NCBI GenBank assembly: GCA_965219455.1
Contig: OZ244744.1
Coordinates: forward strand, 3,232,001-3,296,000
DNA length: 64,000 bases
Direction of reading: 5' to 3'
Source of the DNA: Candidatus Latescibacterota bacterium
GTDB lineage: Bacteria > Latescibacterota > UBA2968 > GCA-2709665
The notes beneath the pieces were generated by a model that worked only from the letters and a program-made list of their open reading frames with translations, searched no databases and had not been told where the DNA came from. Positions 60,946-64,000 of this stretch are shown here, in pieces (position 1 is the first letter of the stretch; each line of letters begins with the position of its first letter). A program made the position numbers and the translations under genes.

Positions 60946-62013
60946 TCACTGGGCGTACGTCACTTCAGTGAATTGTTCCTTGTCCAGCGGATACCGGTGG
61001 ACGCGCAGCTTCCGGTCTCTCGACGTCATAAAGATCCCGTGGGTGGTAAACCAGTTTCCGATATTGGTTTCCGGCGCCTGCAGGAGCCTTCCCGGCGCGT
61101 GCACGTCGAACGAGAAATCCACCAGTTCGTCCACGGTGCGCATCGATTGGAACGGGTCGAGGTGACAGGCCACGTACTGGATCCGGTTCTGGGAGTTGTA
61201 ATACGAGGTGCTCGCCCACCAGTCCGGATCGGCCTCTCGGGACGGGCGCTGAAGGTCCGGGTCCTGCCAGTGGTTGGTCTCGACAACCATCCCGTTTTCA
61301 GGTTCCCTAAGGGCAATATTCTCCGATTCCAGTTCGAACCCGACCATATCGCCCGACGCGTCAACGGCCGCTCCCGTGAGTCCCTTGATGCCCGAGATCC
61401 GGTACTGACGGAGGAAGTGCCGCACGTCGTCGCAGTCGGAGCAATACTGGACGAGCAGGTGAGTGGTGAAATAGAGATTGACGTGTTCCGGGTTGGCGCC
61501 CGGGTTGAATTTCCGGTGGCCCGACGCGCAGCCCACCAGTAACCCGGCGTCGTTGATCGCCGTGCCCACGGTGGTGCCGAACCGTTCTCCGATGCCGACC
61601 AGCCCGCGCGGCCTGCTGTCTGGAAGGCTCATCAGGATTTTATCCTTCACGAAATCCTCAACCCTGCTGACCGAACTCGTATCGTAGGTCCTCACCATTG
61701 CCGGACCGTCGTCCTTAAGCATGATGCCCAGCGCCGAGCATCCGTCCAGGTCGGCGGCGGTAAAGTAGACATGCAGCAGATACGTATGATCGAAGCTTTC
61801 AATCCCCGCCGCCTCGCCGTACGCCTCCATCTGCGCCACCAGTTCCGGGAATTCCCGCCGCATGAAGGACATGTTCTCACGGAAGTAGCTCTCCTCGAAG
61901 TTCTGGGGCTGTTTCAACCTTCGCGCCAACTCCCGCTGGGCATATTCGGGATTGAGCGCACCCTGTGCCCGTCCCGCTTCGGCCGGACCTCCCCTGAAGG
62001 TGTATTTTTCCAA
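60946..62013 (-). CDS. C45 family autoproteolytic acyltransferase/hydrolase, copy 2
   Basis: GCSALG, AINDAGL, TNHW; clear paralog of 56300-57364. Confidence 0.75.
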   Translation of the reverse strand: MEKYTFRGGPAEAGRAQGALNPEYAQRELARRLKQPQNFEESYFRENMSFMRREFPELVAQMEAYGEAAGIESFDHTYLLHVYFTAADLDGCSALGIMLKDDGPAMVRTYDTSSVSRVEDFVKDKILMSLPDSRPRGLVGIGERFGTTVGTAINDAGLLVGCASGHRKFNPGANPEHVNLYFTTHLLVQYCSDCDDVRHFLRQYRISGIKGLTGAAVDASGDMVGFELESENIALREPENGMVVETNHWQDPDLQRPSREADPDWWASTSYYNSQNRIQYVACHLDPFQSMRTVDELVDFSFDVHAPGRLLQAPETNIGNWFTTHGIFMTSRDRKLRVHRYPLDKEQFTEVTYAQ

Positions 62014-62066
62014 AACCGCGCCCCTTTTCTAAAATCGCTCCGAGACAAAGCAGATCGGATTCCTAC

Positions 62067-62105
62067 TTGACAATTTTTGGTATTGTGGCTACATTGTAAC
62101 TACAA
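62067..62105 (+). promoter_or_regulatory. Antitoxin promoter with operator palindrome
   Basis: TTGACA-17 nt-TACATT; imperfect inverted repeat TTGTGGCTACA-T-TGTAACTACAA. Confidence 0.65.
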
Positions 62106-62124
62106 ATTTCCGGAGGTTGAAAAT

Positions 62125-62382
62125 ATGGGCAACGATACCATCGTACGTGCCCGGATCGACAGCGATACAAAGGCGCGGGCCACCGAAGCGCTTCATGCTA
62201 TGGGCCTCTCAGTGTCCGATGCAATCCGCCTGCTGCTCTTGCGGGTAGCCGAAGAGAAGCGGCTGCCGTTCGCTCTGCAGGTCCCGAATCCTACCACCGT
62301 CAAGGCGATGAAGGAACTGGAAAAGGGTAAGGGCAAGCGATTCAGCAGCGCCGACGAATTGTTCCGGGATCTTGGCATTTGA
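62125..62382 (+). CDS. RelB/DinJ family antitoxin
   Basis: VRARID..K, MGLSVSDAIRL, LPF...PN.TT..AM; GGAGG RBS. Confidence 0.92.
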   Translation: MGNDTIVRARIDSDTKARATEALHAMGLSVSDAIRLLLLRVAEEKRLPFALQVPNPTTVKAMKELEKGKGKRFSSADELFRDLGI

Positions 62383-62383
62383 C

Positions 62384-62410
62384 ATGCTGGCTCCCGTTCG
62401 GTCGGCGTTC
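62384..62410 (+). pseudogene. Stub of a YafQ-family toxin
   Basis: ATG 1 nt after the antitoxin stop reads MLAPVRS, then runs into the convergent gene. Confidence 0.45.
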
Positions 62411-62907
62411 TACAAATACGCGTAATAGATGATCTCTTTGCGCTCGATGTTGAACCCTGCCTTCTCGTAGGCCCTCCGGGCGCCGGCCTGGGCGTCGTTC
62501 AGACCGGTTCGCACCTGGGCGTATTTCAGCCCCGCCTCCCGGAACCGATTCATGACGAAGTCGTACATCTTCGTCCCGATTCCCTGCCCCTGCAATCCGG
62601 CTGCCACGGCGTTAAGGCCGACGATTCCAATCCCCTTCTTCGTATCCAGCAGATAGGTGATGAACGCAACCACCTCGCCGGTCTCGCGCGACGCCACGAC
62701 GAACGCCCAGTCCGGGTGTTCCGTCAGGTGGCGTCCCACGCTGGCCTTGATGTTCTCGGGCCAGTTCGCATAGAGCACTTCGAACAGTTCCTCGCCCCAT
62801 TTCTCTTCGTGCAGTCCGAAAATCGGCTCCCACGCCTGGCGGATGATTTCCCCAATCCGGTCCAGATCATCTCCGGTTGCGGCGCGAATCCGGTATCTGT
62901 CGTCCAT
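62410..62907 (-). CDS. GNAT family N-acetyltransferase
   Basis: IRAAT..D, NAV...QGQGIG, ARRAYEKAGF. Confidence 0.88.
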   Translation of the reverse strand: MDDRYRIRAATGDDLDRIGEIIRQAWEPIFGLHEEKWGEELFEVLYANWPENIKASVGRHLTEHPDWAFVVASRETGEVVAFITYLLDTKKGIGIVGLNAVAAGLQGQGIGTKMYDFVMNRFREAGLKYAQVRTGLNDAQAGARRAYEKAGFNIERKEIIYYAYL

Positions 62908-62934
62908 ATCCCCTCGCATCGTCTCGGCTGCGTG

Positions 62935-63984
62935 CTATAATGTATCCGGAAAACGCACGCCCAGTCGTTCTGCCCACGCCTCCAGTTCGTCATGCACATC
63001 CGGTTCCAGGGGGACTCCGTGAATCTCGCATTCCCGCCGGGTTCGCTCCATTCGTTCGCCGGGCAACCTGATCTCATCGGACTCACCGTCCAGGGGATTG
63101 TCCTTGAGATCGGCAATGAAGTCCGCCATACGCGCTTCGAACTCCGCCACGGGCATGAACGCCTCAATGTCGATGGCGATGCAACAGTGGCTGACCGCGT
63201 GGGTCTTGTCCGTTCTGTCCGCCTGATCGCGGGGCGTGATATCACTCAGAAAAGCGGCGCCGCCCAGCACGCCCGTCAGCACCTCCACGAGAATGGCCAG
63301 ACCCGCGCCCTTGTGGACACCAATGGGCAGTGTTGTACCACCGCCGATTACGGCCTGTGGATCGTCGGTGGGCCTGCCGTCCCGGTCGAACCCCCGTATA
63401 TCCCGCGGAATCCGTCTGCCCTCTCGAATCCACTGCCTCATCCTGCCCCCGGAGGCGGTCATGCATGCGTCGAACAGGATCGGAAAACCGCCGGCAGTGG
63501 GTATGCCGAACCCCATTGGCGTGTTGCCGATGACCGAGCCGCGGGCGCCCGGATATCCCATGGAACCCTTGGTGTTCGAGAACGCAATGCCGATCATGCC
63601 GGCGTTGGCCGCTTCCAGGCAATACGGTACCGCAGCGAGAAAATGGTTGTTACGTACGATCAGAGCGATCCCGATGCCACCCTCCCGGGCCTTCCGGATC
63701 GCCAGCCGCATCGCCTTCATACAACCGACAATGCCAACGCCGTGGTCTCCCTCGATGACCGCGGTCATGCCCCGATCGCTCAGGACCGGCTGATCCGGAT
63801 TGGCGCGGATCGTACCATCGTCCAGCCCCCGAAGATTGAAAGGGACAAGCCGGAGCCCGTGGGTTGTATTGCCGCGGATTTCCTGGCTGAGAATCGCTCG
63901 GGCAATCGTTTCCGCATCCCCGCCGGGCACGCCGGCAGCCAGGAACAGGTTGCGCACGAATGTTTCCAGCACGCCGGCATCCAT
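62935..63984 (-). CDS. Ldh_2 family oxidoreductase (malate/L-lactate/ureidoglycolate dehydrogenase-like)
   Basis: RGNTTHGL, RNNHF, GNTPMGFG, HKGAGLA, RLPGE; true start may lie beyond the window edge. Confidence 0.9.
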   Translation of the reverse strand: MDAGVLETFVRNLFLAAGVPGGDAETIARAILSQEIRGNTTHGLRLVPFNLRGLDDGTIRANPDQPVLSDRGMTAVIEGDHGVGIVGCMKAMRLAIRKAREGGIGIALIVRNNHFLAAVPYCLEAANAGMIGIAFSNTKGSMGYPGARGSVIGNTPMGFGIPTAGGFPILFDACMTASGGRMRQWIREGRRIPRDIRGFDRDGRPTDDPQAVIGGGTTLPIGVHKGAGLAILVEVLTGVLGGAAFLSDITPRDQADRTDKTHAVSHCCIAIDIEAFMPVAEFEARMADFIADLKDNPLDGESDEIRLPGERMERTRRECEIHGVPLEPDVHDELEAWAERLGVRFPDTL

Positions 63985-64000
63985 ACGGGTTTCAGCCTCT

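Noticed and set aside
1-64000. CRISPR array or cas genes
   Set aside because: No regularly spaced repeat-spacer series and no Cas-like ORF seen.

Overview
This is a GC-rich bacterial chromosome segment. Its gene content (three DUF6785/DUF6784-type membrane proteins, PhyH dioxygenases, C45 and CocE hydrolases, uncharacterised glycosidase-like proteins, several TA modules) suggests a Latescibacterota/Gemmatimonadota/Poribacteria-like organism; this is an inference. The window opens with rplS, a DUF3098-like gene and tRNA-Val(TAC), followed by a metal-transport cluster and long minus-strand catabolic operons. Defence or selfish modules are interspersed: a HipA-like kinase plus HIRAN pair, an AT-richer BseCI/BanIII-like type II R-M pair, a DUF2283 TA pair, vapBC, an orphan dinJ/relB, and a collapsed type I R-M island. 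That island retains one intact Schlafen(AlbA_2)-HATPase gene between 57-bp direct repeats. The two most striking unexplained signals are RNA-like. (1) A multi-helix structure lies on both sides of vapBC (about 53968-54103 and 54774-54997, then a terminator); its halves can pair with each other, as if the TA operon were looped out of one large ncRNA. (2) A nested multi-branched structure of about 250-310 nt lies directly upstream of the HipA-kinase/HIRAN operon. Both were folded by eye and need covariation evidence. Several genes are deletion chimeras or stubs. Product calls come from recalled motifs; no database searches were run.
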